From: Thraustochytrium aureum
Taxonomy: Eukaryota
Assembly (NCBI GenBank): GCA_012862495.1
Contig: BLSG01000143.1
Coordinates: forward strand, 1-49,189
Direction: 5' to 3'
DNA length: 49,189 nucleotides
In this document: in pieces, positions 23,024 through 33,840 of the stretch
Numbering within the stretch: position 1 is the first letter of the stretch
Layout of the letters: each line of letters starts with the position of its first letter
Made by a program: the position numbers and the translations under genes
The notes under the pieces: generated by a model
The model's input: the letters and a program-made list of their open reading frames with translations, nothing else
Told to the model about the DNA's origin: nothing
Database searches by the model: none

Positions 23024-26000
23024 ATGTCTGCGGGCAGCGCGCTCGACTTTGGCGCTGGGCTGGAGGGCACCAAGAATGGCAAAGCACTCGAAACCATCAG
23101 GCGCGGGGCAATGAGCGCGCTGGTCGAACTGAAGGAGCTCCAGGGGTCCCACGGCGAGCGCGTCTTCTTGGGGTCGACGGCGATAATGGCCCTGCAAATG
23201 CTCTATTTGCCGTTCTCGTGGCAGGCAGGGTTTGCTTGGCCGAGCGCGTTCCACGAGACGATGGAGAGCATTCTGCGAATTTTCAGCTTTGGGTTGGCAG
23301 ACACTTCGGACGACATGACCCTTCTTTTGCTCATCGGCGCTTGCTGCGGCGTTGTGATCCTTCAAGCAGGCGCTTTTGCCTTGCTGGCTTGGCGCCTGGT
23401 GGCGCCTCACAGCGCCCCAGGAGCGGCGCCCGGGCTCGGGCGAAAAGCTCTCGCAGCACCCCTCATGACGCTGATGCGCGCGAGCCAGACCATCCTCCTT
23501 GTTCCGACCGTCGGTCTGCTGAGTCGAGGCTCCCGCGGGTCGGGCATGAGCGTTCTGCCCGATGTTGTGGCGTCGATTGTCTCGGTCTCGTGTGCCGTCT
23601 TACTGGGTATTCATGTCCTCCTCGTCTGCGCCTTCGCTCTGTGCGTCTTTGAACACCTGCCGATCGGGCCAAAGGGCTTCGACTCGACATTGTACGCTGC
23701 GGCGCACGGTCGTGTCGAGTGTGCCGCCGTCTTGGTGCGCTCAAGCACAGTCGCTCTTTGGGTCGCGCTGGGGTCCTCGCACAACGAAAAGGTGACCCCA
23801 AACGCGCAGAGCGTCCTTGCGGCTGTTGGAGTTGTCAGCGGCGTGGCCCTCGTGGGGATGTACATGCATTGGCTCCCTTGGTTTAACGCCAAGTGGAACC
23901 GGGTCGCGGTGGCGTCCAATGCGGTATTTCTGTGGGGCGCCGTGTGCGCAGTGGTCGCCCAGGTGATTGGAAATGCGGAGGACCGAAGCCCGGTTGTGTT
24001 GTTTGTGACCACAACAGCCTTCTGCGTCGTCACGGCGGTGTCCGCTACGCAAGCCCGGATGACGTACTTGCACGACGCCGAGCCTGCCAAACTGGCGGGA
24101 AGCCCCGTCCTGTTGGAGGCGCACCTGCGGCTGCGGCACTTCTCCAAGGTCAAGCAGCACGCCAACATGCAGTTCTCGGACAACGTAGAGGTCGAGTATC
24201 GAGCGGGGGTCGACATGGTGCCTTCCTCCGCCTTTCTCAACTTGATGGTGGCCGGTTTCGTCTTGCGGTGTTCCAAGAAAGTGATTTACTCGCTCAACCT
24301 TCTCCGCCAAGCGCGACAGTCGAGCATGGCCGCCGACCTCGAGTTTCTGCTCTTCTACCACAACAAGAAGATGCGCGAAAACTGCGCCGACTCTAGCAGC
24401 GAGGTGAGCTTCCTCGAGGCGGACGCGCTCGTCGCACAAGCGAGGCAGTCGCTGGCGCAAACGCTCAAGCATACCAGTGCATTTTGGCGGCGTGTCTCGC
24501 GGTGCTCCTTCACGGCGACCGACCTCCTCGACTTTGGGAGCAAAGTGCACAACTCGGCGCTCGAGGTCCGCAGAGCCCTGCAACGCCTCAGCAAGCTCAA
24601 GGTCACGAGCAAGGAAGCGATCCAGCTCCACGCCATGTACTTTCAGTTTGTGATGAATGATAGGGACATGGCGTTCCGAGTGCTCAACAAGGCTCGCGCA
24701 TCAGGGACAGGGCCAGACAGCGCCTCGTCTGCCGCGGTTTGCACGATCAGCGGGGACAAGACCAACCTGGGCCAAATCTTGGAGCTCTCCAAGGGCCTGA
24801 TCGAGATGTTCGGCCACTCGCGCACCGAGCTCATTGGGCAAAACATCAAAGTCCTGTGCCCTGCGCCGTTTCAAGCTGTCCACGACCTCTTCCTGCAACA
24901 GTTTATGGCGATGGACAACGACTTTGTTTCCACGGCGCGGCGCGTCTTTGGGCTCAACCAAGCGGGCCACATCATGGTGTTGGACCTCGAAATCACTCCC
25001 AGTATCAGCACGAGTGGCGAGCTCATCCTCGCCGCTCGGTTCACGCGGGTCGCGCAGAGCGACACCAGCAGTCTCTTGCTGGTTGACGCAAAGACTGGGT
25101 GCGTCACGGGCATGAGCGAGCACGGGCCTGAGGTTCTCGGGGTTGACGAGCACGACCTGTACACGATGAATGTCAAGATCGACGACGTCATACCAAAGTT
25201 TTACGAACTGAAGAGCAACGAGGAACACACTGACGTGGAGCTCGCAACGGTGAGCGGATCCAGGTACAAACTCAGGTCGCGCACGGTGCAGTATGCCTCC
25301 AAGCCAGAGTCCCCAGTCCACTTTGACATCTCAGTCATCCTTGTCTGGTTGACGTCGCAGGAAAGCAGCTTGAGCATCTCGGAGCAGATGCTTCGCCTCA
25401 GGGCCTTGGAGGAGGACGACGAGCTCGGAGGGGAGCAGGGCGGCGAAGAGCGCGACGGAGAAGATGGCAGCAGTGAGGTTGGCTCAATCTGTGTCGCTGC
25501 CGACGGCAACTCTGACGCCGGGGAAAACGGCCCTGAGGGTCAAGAAAACTCGCAAGCTGTGTCTGACCTGGGAAAGAATGTGCAAAAGTTTGCCGTTCCA
25601 TCGTCGGCGGCACCCGTGGCGCGCTCTGGGAAGGAGGCCTCGCCTGCGATCCCCAAGCACAGCAGCGGCAAGCTGCGGCACCAAGTGCGGGGTGTTCAAC
25701 TTGGGGTGGAATCTGACCGACGGTCTGTTGGGTCGCGATCGAAGCGTTCCACCGGCAAGTCGTCCGGGTTTGGCAAAACAGACGCAACCAGCATGACCTC
25801 AGCGACACGGATGGACGTGGCAAATATGGACATCCGCGCAATCCAGAAAAAGATCTCCCGCAACATGCGCAAGCGCGACCCAAAGCTGCTGACTTTCTCT
25901 CGGTTTGGCAAACGCTTCATCCTCTTCTTTTTTGCGTTCGTGGTCGTAGACTCGCTGTTGATCGTCAACATGTACGCCGAGTTTGAAACGCAAACCCTCC

Positions 26001-27853
26001 AGGTTGAGCTTTCTCAGTTCGTGGCTTACGGGATGAGCTTGTTGGCCATGGCGCTGCTCTACACGCACGACGAGGGAATCGAGGTGAACGGTACTGTCTA
26101 CACTGGGCGTCCTTTCGACACTGGTCCGATATTTGGGGCTACACTTGAGCGACTCAAGGAGCTGCACACGGAAACGACTGCGTTTGTCGGAGAAAACAGT
26201 CGTGACAGTGTTTTGGAGCGCCAGTTCCACACCCCTGACCTGAAGGTGACCACTGATGGGAGGACCTTTGCCAACATAAGCTACATGGTCGCTGTGCTTG
26301 AGTTGGTGAGCCACGCAGAGAACTACCGCGACGAAGACCTCGGGAAGTGTGCGGAGTCGTGTCACTGGATCCTCAACAACGCCATGTTTGACGTTTCTAC
26401 GCGGGCCCTCGAGGTTTCCAACACCTTTTTGGTCGTCGCCGACGCTGTTCTAGAGGACCTCCAAGAGTTTGACAAGATTACGCTCTGGGTTGTGGTCGCC
26501 ATCCTCGTGCTTTCGTTCGTGGCCGGCTATCTGCCAATGTTTATAAATAACGAGCGCCGGCGGGTCCAGGTGGGGCTGGCCTTTCTCGCCATACCAGAAC
26601 GCATTGGCAAGACTCTCCACCAGCGCGCTGAGCGCCGTCTGTCCTTGGTGCTCAACGCCAGAGCTGACTGGTTCAGCATGGAGCGCGACGAGCTCGAGTT
26701 TGACGAGGACCAGGAGAACGAGGAAATCGTTGCCGTTGCTTCCAATCATGCGGCCGAAATGGTTGCGCCCGGGACGTCGCCTGGACTAGTTCAGCGGGCT
26801 CCGCGCGGGGTTTTCGCTTCGCTGTGCCAGTGGCTGTCGTTGCGGAAAGGTGGCTCGAAAGTGGATCCGGTCGGCGAAGGTCGGAGAGGCTCAACAGCAA
26901 AGGGCAAGGTTGGTGGCGGGCCCGGCCAGAATCCCCGCGCTCGCAACGGCGGGGGCAAGCGTCAAATAAAGCGCGAGCCCATCCTCTTGAGGGTCTTGCT
27001 CCTTCTTTTGAGCATCTTGCGCGTGGGGATTACGTTTTGGCTTGTTCTCGGTTTCTTCATGGCAATGAGCTTCCTCAACACAGAGCACGAGTCGTTGGCC
27101 CGGGACCTGAGCGCGTCTGTGAAGCTAGCGGGCCAACAACAGGTCCTGTTCTCGTCCGCAGTATTCTGGGCCGCGCTCCGCATCCAGCCGCAGCCGTGGG
27201 AACGCCGAGAAGCGGAAAGCTACAACCTCGAGCGCCTGGGTGCGATGCTGGGCGACCTCAGGAGGATCGATGACGCGCTCAAGTATGGCAGCGAGGCCTA
27301 TGCCGTGCCTGGCTTCCGGGAGACGGAAGGGCAGCACTTTGAGCTCTATTTTGAGAACGCGTGTGAGGCGGACTGCCACGCGTTCCTCAGCGGGCTGGCC
27401 GACAACGCTACATTGTCGAGCACCAAGGTGCAGAATCTCAAGCATGGGTTGGTTTTGTCGCTTGACCGGGAGCTCAGCCTGCTCGAAGCCATACACGACG
27501 CCGGGATAGCTGTGCTCGAAAACCCCGGCAATGCGAGTGTGACCGCGCAGTTCGCGGCAGCCAAATTGAACATTCGCGACCTCGAGCCAGAGCTGATGCT
27601 CGCAGACCGGCTCAAAGACTCGCTTGGGCATTACTTGGCTGCGCTTCGCGGACTTTTGGACACCATCCGCACGGAGAAGATCGTGGGTTGCTCGGTGTTT
27701 GTTGCGTTTCTGTTCATCGGCCACCTGCTGTCCGTGCGAACGTTCAACATGATGGATACGGAGCTGAAGCGCAGTCAGACGCTCTTGCTCGTTCTCCCGG
27801 AGCAGGTCTTCCACAACGTGCCTGCCATCGTCACACTTCTGAACGGTGGCTGA
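23024..27853 (+). CDS. Multi-pass membrane PAS-domain protein, tiny-macrocysts TmcB/TmcC-like (1609 aa, uninterrupted ORF)
   Basis: N-terminal multi-TM block; helical TPR-like region (FWRRV...AIQLHAMYFQFVMNDRDMAFRVLNKA); PAS domain (GQILELSKGLIEMFGHSRTELIGQNIKVLCPAPFQAVHDLFL); second PAS-like segment; two further TM pairs; C-terminal 'DTELKRSQTLLLVLPEQV'. Confidence 0.8.
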   Translation: MSAGSALDFGAGLEGTKNGKALETIRRGAMSALVELKELQGSHGERVFLGSTAIMALQMLYLPFSWQAGFAWPSAFHETMESILRIFSFGLADTSDDMTLLLLIGACCGVVILQAGAFALLAWRLVAPHSAPGAAPGLGRKALAAPLMTLMRASQTILLVPTVGLLSRGSRGSGMSVLPDVVASIVSVSCAVLLGIHVLLVCAFALCVFEHLPIGPKGFDSTLYAAAHGRVECAAVLVRSSTVALWVALGSSHNEKVTPNAQSVLAAVGVVSGVALVGMYMHWLPWFNAKWNRVAVASNAVFLWGAVCAVVAQVIGNAEDRSPVVLFVTTTAFCVVTAVSATQARMTYLHDAEPAKLAGSPVLLEAHLRLRHFSKVKQHANMQFSDNVEVEYRAGVDMVPSSAFLNLMVAGFVLRCSKKVIYSLNLLRQARQSSMAADLEFLLFYHNKKMRENCADSSSEVSFLEADALVAQARQSLAQTLKHTSAFWRRVSRCSFTATDLLDFGSKVHNSALEVRRALQRLSKLKVTSKEAIQLHAMYFQFVMNDRDMAFRVLNKARASGTGPDSASSAAVCTISGDKTNLGQILELSKGLIEMFGHSRTELIGQNIKVLCPAPFQAVHDLFLQQFMAMDNDFVSTARRVFGLNQAGHIMVLDLEITPSISTSGELILAARFTRVAQSDTSSLLLVDAKTGCVTGMSEHGPEVLGVDEHDLYTMNVKIDDVIPKFYELKSNEEHTDVELATVSGSRYKLRSRTVQYASKPESPVHFDISVILVWLTSQESSLSISEQMLRLRALEEDDELGGEQGGEERDGEDGSSEVGSICVAADGNSDAGENGPEGQENSQAVSDLGKNVQKFAVPSSAAPVARSGKEASPAIPKHSSGKLRHQVRGVQLGVESDRRSVGSRSKRSTGKSSGFGKTDATSMTSATRMDVANMDIRAIQKKISRNMRKRDPKLLTFSRFGKRFILFFFAFVVVDSLLIVNMYAEFETQTLQVELSQFVAYGMSLLAMALLYTHDEGIEVNGTVYTGRPFDTGPIFGATLERLKELHTETTAFVGENSRDSVLERQFHTPDLKVTTDGRTFANISYMVAVLELVSHAENYRDEDLGKCAESCHWILNNAMFDVSTRALEVSNTFLVVADAVLEDLQEFDKITLWVVVAILVLSFVAGYLPMFINNERRRVQVGLAFLAIPERIGKTLHQRAERRLSLVLNARADWFSMERDELEFDEDQENEEIVAVASNHAAEMVAPGTSPGLVQRAPRGVFASLCQWLSLRKGGSKVDPVGEGRRGSTAKGKVGGGPGQNPRARNGGGKRQIKREPILLRVLLLLLSILRVGITFWLVLGFFMAMSFLNTEHESLARDLSASVKLAGQQQVLFSSAVFWAALRIQPQPWERREAESYNLERLGAMLGDLRRIDDALKYGSEAYAVPGFRETEGQHFELYFENACEADCHAFLSGLADNATLSSTKVQNLKHGLVLSLDRELSLLEAIHDAGIAVLENPGNASVTAQFAAAKLNIRDLEPELMLADRLKDSLGHYLAALRGLLDTIRTEKIVGCSVFVAFLFIGHLLSVRTFNMMDTELKRSQTLLLVLPEQVFHNVPAIVTLLNGG

Positions 27854-29187
27854 GATGGTGCAACGCAACAGAGCTCGAACACGTTCATCATCACTACTTA
27901 GCTCTAGCCGGAGAGAGTCGTTCCTTGCTGTTTGGTAGGAGGTTTACAACACTTCGCTGTACTGCTAAAGTTGAGTTTCGCAGTGCACCTTTTCTCCTCG
28001 TAACCGTCGATTGCGCCTCAGCTCGGCCGCTTGCGCTGCGCGGTCCTGCACTTGGAGCAGGGGCTCGACAACGTCGAGGATCCTTGGATCCCCGTGGCAT
28101 CGTCGCCGTCGGGACAAGGAATTCTCCTTGCTCGGCGAGAGCTGGCTGGGCTTACGCTGACCTGCGCTGGCGGCGGGCCTGATGACATCACAGTTCAACG
28201 TATCCGTCTTTCGTAGAGTACTCACCAAGGTTTGTAAACAAACCACATGTTTACCATGTAGTAACTGGAGCGGAGGGTCAATCGCCACTGTGGTGCTCAG
28301 CAGCCGCGCTGTCCGGCTCAGTGAACAGCCACCACTTGCAGCCGCGCAGACAGCAGCATGGAGGAGGAGGAGGAGGAGGAGCAGGCGACCTCACACTGTC
28401 GGTGGCAAGGCGGATGGATCCTCGTCGTGCTGGCAAGGAAGGAAGCGGCCCAGCTCCTCAACCTCCTCAACGAGCAAGCGCTCGATTGACGGACAGAAAA
28501 CCCGACTGTGAGAGGCCCTTCGCCTCGTGGGCTCTCAACTCAGCACGTGAACGTTGGAGTTGGGTGAGCGCAGAGCAGAATTCCGCTGCGTTTCCATCTG
28601 CTCAGCAGCAGCAGCAGTCAACGCTGTGCAAGCGCCCGCGCTGGCTCCCCGACCCTCGGCTCCCTGCTCTCTGATTGCTTTGCTCTCTACTCAAGTAGCT
28701 CGAGCTCGCGCTAGTGTCCGAGCTGGAGCCTCGAGTAGGTCTGTTGTTGGTTGCTCTCTCGTAGCGAGAGAGAGGCAGAGCCGCGAGGCGAGCGAAGGCT
28801 GGGTCCGACAGAAAACGCTTGCCCCTCTCGTCCCATGTTGTCCCACGTCCTCTTCCACAACCGCGATGGAGCGAGTGAGTACCCCACGAGGGCTTTCCGT
28901 CATCGCGGCCTCGGCGCGGGCAGCAGACACCGATCACTCGCAGCTAGCTTCGCGCCAGGACAGCCAGAAGTGCGCCAGGACCAGCAAGCGCAAGTCGTGC
29001 ACCAAGCAGCCGAAGCGGGCCAAGCTAGGAGGCACCGGGGACAGGCGCTGGCTGGGCAAGCAGGGCCTCTGGCACGTGCACTTGGCCGTTCAGTGAGCCC
29101 TCGCGGTTTCTGCAGAGGCACCAACTGACGCTGCGCCAAGTGCTGCTGTGTGCCTGGCGCGAAAGCGGTCGACCGAGCGAGCACAGC

Positions 29188-29802
29188 ATGGGCTGCGCGA
29201 GCTCGGCGCCGGCCGACATGGCGATGGTGCCGGCTAAGCCACGCGAAACGGGGCAGTTGCGCCAAGAGTTCGAAGCGCGGAGCAGTGGCCGAAGCGTTGA
29301 CTCGGCAAGCACAGCCGGGACCCTGGTTTCACTCTCGCCACGGAACAGCGCCGCGCCGGACGCTTCAAGCTACGGGACGGACGACGAAGAGGAGTTTGAG
29401 TTTGACATGGAAGCGGTCAAGAAGGAGCACGCAGAGGCTCGGGCGCGGGCGAGGACTGAGGCGCTCGAGTCGAGTGCGAGGAAGGACGGTGTCTTTCAAG
29501 GGCAGCTTGAGACGATGCGCAGGTTTTACTCGTGGAGCGAAATACCCATGTAAGTTTTTCGATGCAGAGCACCGTTCCGGCTCGGATGGCTCGCGTCGGC
29601 GTTTCCTTTTCCGCTGCTGACGTCGCTGCGGCACCGCGCTTTTAGGGAGTTTTTTGTGGACAAGTTTGTCGACGACGAGGGAGGCCGTCGCGGCAAGCAG
29701 GGCAAACTCCGACCCCGCCTCTCAGTCGCCAAGCAGTCGCGGCCCTCTGCTGGGAAGCCGCGGCCACGCCCGCGCACGGCGTCCCTCTCGCGGAACAAGT
29801 AG
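29188..29802 (+). CDS. Small hypothetical protein (~172 aa) with N-terminal MGCASS dual-acylation motif; exons 29188-29549 and 29646-29802
   Basis: Intron 29550-29645 (GTAAGT...GCTGAC...TTTTAG) joins in frame (...SEIPM-EFFVDKFVDDEGGRRGK...LSRNK*). Acidic patch DDEEEFEFD and a basic tail. A further upstream candidate intron lies at 29093-29165. Confidence 0.6.
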
Positions 29803-30115
29803 CGAGCGCGTCGGGCCCAGAGGCGAGCGCGTCGGGTCCAGTGGCGAGCGCGNNNNNNNNNNNNNNNNNNNNNNNNNNNNNNNNNNNNNNNNNNNNNNNN
29901 NNNNNNNNNNNNNNNNNNNNNNNNNNNNNNNNNNNNNNNNNNNNNNNNNNNNNNNNNNNNNNNNNNNNNNNNNNNNNNNNNNNNNNNNNNNNNNNNNNNN
30001 NNNNNNNGGCCCAAGTGCGAGCGCGTCGGCCCAAGTAGCGAGCGCGTCGGCCCAAGTAGCGAGCGCGTCGGGCCCAGTGGCGAGCGCGTTGACCAAGTTG
30101 CGAGCGCGTTGACCC
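29796..30115. repeat. 21-nt minisatellite array interrupted by an N gap
   Basis: Unit ~ggcccaagtagcgagcgcgtc on both sides of gap 29853-30007. Confidence 0.85.
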
Positions 30116-30387
30116 CAGTGCTCGCCCTTGCAGTCCTACATGAAACCGGGGCGTGGAGCTGCCAGGTTTCCATCGAGGTCACGTTCATTTCCTGCGCCAC
30201 TCGGGCTTTCATCAGGCACGAATGAGCGATGCTGCTGATGTACCATAGCCTACTACAGTACCATATCTATCTATAGATCGATCAATCGATCAACAGTGTA
30301 TAAAACCAGGCCTTCCCCATCATGTCTCGCATCGGCCGGCGCGCCAGAAGTCTTACCAAGCTGCCCGGCCAAAGCGCCATCCACAAC

Positions 30388-30520
30388 CTCGTCACTGCGG
30401 GGTCCAATTGACGCATCATCATCACCGCGGGGTCCATTTGACGAACTCTCGTCACCGGGGTCCCCATTTGACGCACCATCGTTACCACGTGCCCTTTCCA
30501 CGGACCCTCGTCACTTAGGG
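30388..30520. repeat. Degenerate ~30-nt tandem repeat
   Basis: cggggtccaattgacgcatcatcatcacc / cggggtccatttgacgaactctcgtcacc / ggggtccccatttgacgcaccatcgttacc. Confidence 0.65.
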
Positions 30521-30729
30521 GTTATTTTGACGGAAGGGCATCGACACAAGGGCGCCTCAGGTGACGAGGGCCGCCGTCGTTCCGGAAGCGTTCCGAGTCG
30601 GGGCAGCGCAGGCGAGCAGCAGGAGGGAGGGAGGCAGGCAGACGACACTTGGTCGGGCAGGCGTTGTCGCTGGCGAACAGGTTGCGCTTCGCGGCGCGAG
30701 GGTCTGTCGTGCGTCCGTGCATCCGTCGG

Positions 30730-30767
30730 TGCGCGTGCGCGCGTGCGTGCGTGCGTGCGTGCGTGCG
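30730..30767. repeat. (GCGT)n microsatellite
   Basis: tgcgcgtgcgcgcgtgcgtgcgtgcgtgcgtgcgtgcg. Confidence 0.8.
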
Positions 30768-31040
30768 ATTGGCTTGCGTTTGGCCTTGAGAAGGAGATCG
30801 TCGTAGGACGCCAGTTGGTTGAACGAGTACGTCGGCCGGGGCGGCGGCGGCTCGTGCCGCGTCGCGAGGAAGGCGCGGAAGCTTGGCCTGTTGCGACGCG
30901 GCTTGGGCCGCGAGATCGAGCCGGTTCGAGCGCGTCGGGCCGGATCGGCGCTCGTGCGGCGTTTGGCGCGGGAGAAAGGGTGCGCCTGCCGGCCTCAGGC
31001 CCAGAGCGCCGCCGGGTTCTGCAACGGCCTATTGGCCAGA

Positions 31041-32168
31041 ATGGGCGAAAAGCCTGGCAAGTCGAAATGGCTTGGCAAGCTCGAACTGACCCAACAACCA
31101 GAAAAGTTGTTTTACAAGGACGAAGGCGGGCAGCGACACTACTACCTATTTCTGTTCTTTGTGCTGCGCGGGGAGCGCACCGAGGAGCTCAAGCGGGCTC
31201 TCAATCGAGTCGCCGACGGGCGCCGCAAAATCCGCATCGGGTGTGAAGTCGTGTACGACTCTACGCTCAAGCCTGTCGAAGATCAGCGGATATTGCAGCT
31301 CTTCGGGAACAGCAAGGAAGAGAAAACCGAGATGATCGAGGAGGTGCCAGAGTTCGACCCGATCACGTTCCAGGGCAGCATTCGCTATCGCTTTCACAAG
31401 GTTTCGATGCGGAAGGACAACCAGGGCTTCCGATTGCGCATATTTCTGCCTGGGCTGGAGGATGAGATCGAAGAGGCCATCTCAGAGCCCACCATCGTCT
31501 TGTCAAAGCGCAAGCGGCTCCGCAAGGAGCACCGCGAGCCAGAGCTGGCCCAGCGCAACGCAGTCGAGACCCTCGCACGCAAGCGGAACGCGCAGGCCGA
31601 ACAAAGGCTATCGCGCTGCGCGCCCAATTCGACGCCGCTCATCCACGAGCTCGACGCTGATCGCGGCTTTGTTTTTGTGCCAAATTACCCAGAACTCAAA
31701 GTCACAGTCGACGAACCGAGCGAGCTGACCCCTTCTCCCGCGCCGAAGCGTCCCAAGCGCGACGGCGCGGGCAAGCGAGCCAGTAAGGAGGCCGAGAAGC
31801 TGCAGTCCCAAGATCGCTCTAGCAGCGGTATGGAAGCCAAATCTGTCGATGTCAACGAGCTCAACGCTCGCGTAGCGAAGCTGGAAGAGGGTGTGCTCAG
31901 ACTAGAGAGCATACTCAACAGAATGCAGGGTGCGTCGTACGATCCTGGCGACGATCCCGACCAGTCCGTGTCGGCTCCGGGTCTTCTCACCTCCTCCAAC
32001 AGGCCTGGCGCGCTGAGCACGATTTCGTTTGGGCTCGGTGGCGATCGGCTCTCCAAGGCGCTAAACCTGTCAATGTCCCTTGGAGGCGCATTCTCGTCAG
32101 GCGCCGAAGCCTTTGGCGAGGCACCAACTTCCGCGAACGCCCAAGATACCATGCAGCACCACGGATAG
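31041..32168 (+). CDS. Hypothetical nuclear protein; putative Ig-fold (p53/STAT/CudA/CBP60-like) DNA-binding domain plus short coiled coil
   Basis: 375-aa ORF from ATG 31041. Beta-rich N-domain with LFYKDEGG, YRFHKVSMRKDNQGFRL, EEAISEPTIVLSKRKR; basic NLS-like KRKRLRK and PKRPKR; heptads VNELNARVAKLEEGVLRLESILNRM. The coding call is solid, the function is inferred. Confidence 0.6.
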   Translation: MGEKPGKSKWLGKLELTQQPEKLFYKDEGGQRHYYLFLFFVLRGERTEELKRALNRVADGRRKIRIGCEVVYDSTLKPVEDQRILQLFGNSKEEKTEMIEEVPEFDPITFQGSIRYRFHKVSMRKDNQGFRLRIFLPGLEDEIEEAISEPTIVLSKRKRLRKEHREPELAQRNAVETLARKRNAQAEQRLSRCAPNSTPLIHELDADRGFVFVPNYPELKVTVDEPSELTPSPAPKRPKRDGAGKRASKEAEKLQSQDRSSSGMEAKSVDVNELNARVAKLEEGVLRLESILNRMQGASYDPGDDPDQSVSAPGLLTSSNRPGALSTISFGLGGDRLSKALNLSMSLGGAFSSGAEAFGEAPTSANAQDTMQHHG

Positions 32169-32535
32169 TGGAGCGCTTTTTGCAAGGGGGTGCGCTGCGC
32201 TCTCAAGTTTGACTCGCGCTCTTTGTCTCACAAAAATTGCCAGGACACAATGCTGCTGAACGGCCGGCCCTCTGTGGCTGGATGGGACAGGGCGGGATAG
32301 AGAGGCCCTCCTGCGCTCGGCAGACCTCTTCTTCTCGTTCTTTCAAAAAAATAATACAACACGTTTCGAATTTCTCTTTTGATCACGATCAACACCGCCA
32401 TGGACCAACCTCTACTCTACCATGAATCAACGCGCCTTGGATCAATGCTTCGTAGCTACTAGCTCTCGAAGAGCGTAGAGGAGATCAATCAAGACAAAAG
32501 GCAGCCACAGATACTCGACTCCTATGTACAGTCCC

Positions 32536-33840
32536 TCAGCGCAGCTTTTTGGAGTCAGCGTGCTGTAGCGGCGGCGCCACACCACCATACGGATGGCCTG
32601 CGCCGCCACAGGGCTCCAGGCCTGCCTCAACAAGGTCCCGGAAGATCTGGCGCTGGCACTCGCGCGCCGACTCTGTAAATATGGTCCCAAACCCGTGCGG
32701 CACATTCTCGTAAACATGGTGGACTACAGCGGTGCCCTGGTGCAGGAGCTCGTTGTTGAGCAGCATGCATTCGTCTCTGAAGGGATCGTGCGAGCCAGAC
32801 ACGAGTGCGACGGGCGGTAGGCGGAACAGCCCGGCATGCAGCGGGCAAACGCGCCTGTCCGTCTCCAGCACGTGCTGCCGTGTCTTTTCATCTGGGAGGT
32901 AGCTCTTGAGGAACCAGCTCGACAGCCAGTAGGGAAGCATGACGCCGTCGTGAAACTCTGCCACCGACCGCGTCGGAAATGGCAGCAGCAGCGTCGGGTA
33001 CATGAGCACCAGGTGGGCGATGCGCACGTCCGGGAGCCGCTCAGCCTCCAACCTTGCGTTGAGCCCGTCGCGCCACAGCGTGGCGACGACAAGCGCCAGG
33101 TTCCCGCCCGCCGAGTCGCCGCCGACAATAAGGCGCTGGCGGTCGCCGCCCGGCAATTCACCCGGCTCGTGCGCAATAAACCGCAGCGCCTCGAACGCGT
33201 CCTCGACTGCTGCCGGGAACGGGTTCTCCGGGGCGAGTCGGTAGGCAGGGCTGACCACGACGTACCCCTTGGCCGCGAAAAAACTTGCAAAAGTCGTAAA
33301 ACATCTTCTCGTACGGGTCGCCGATGCAGAACCCGCCGCCGTGCCTGCGCCAGAGATTCTGCGTCAGCGGTCGTCGCTGCGGCGCATGTGTGATGCCAGT
33401 GCGGTGCAAACTTACAGGAACAAAAAGATGGGCCGCCTCACCTGCGACGCTCGTGCCTGTTCTGCGTCCGCGGCCCGCTCGAAAACCACAGCATTCATTT
33501 TGTTGCTGATCACGACCTCGCGCGTCCGAATGCGGATGCCGTCCACAGAGTTCCAGTTCACTAAACGCAGAGACAGGAGCCTCGAGATGACGTTCGAGTA
33601 CATGGCGCGCCTAAACTGGCCGCCCTCGTACGACCCTGCCGCGAAAAAGATGAATCCAGAGATCCAGCTCAAGAACCGCGTGCTCGGCGCAATCTCGCCC
33701 ATGCAGCAGCACTTGCGGCACCCGCAATAAAAGCACGACTCCTCGTGCGGCTGCACCGGGAGCGCCTGATCATCGTGCAAAACTAAATCCGTATGGGGAT
33801 GATCCGCATACCCGCGAGCTCGCTCGCTCCGCCCGTGCAT
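32536..33840 (-). CDS. Hormone-sensitive-lipase-family alpha/beta hydrolase (esterase); intron 33415-33345; apparent 1-nt frameshift at the A6 run 33278-33283
   Basis: Splicing gives PIFLFL-HGGGF; YRLAPENPFPAAVED; nucleophile GDSAGGNLA; HDPFRDE; PHGF. Removing one base from the run gives KFFAAKGYVVVSPAYRLA. Start ATG is uncertain. Confidence 0.88.
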
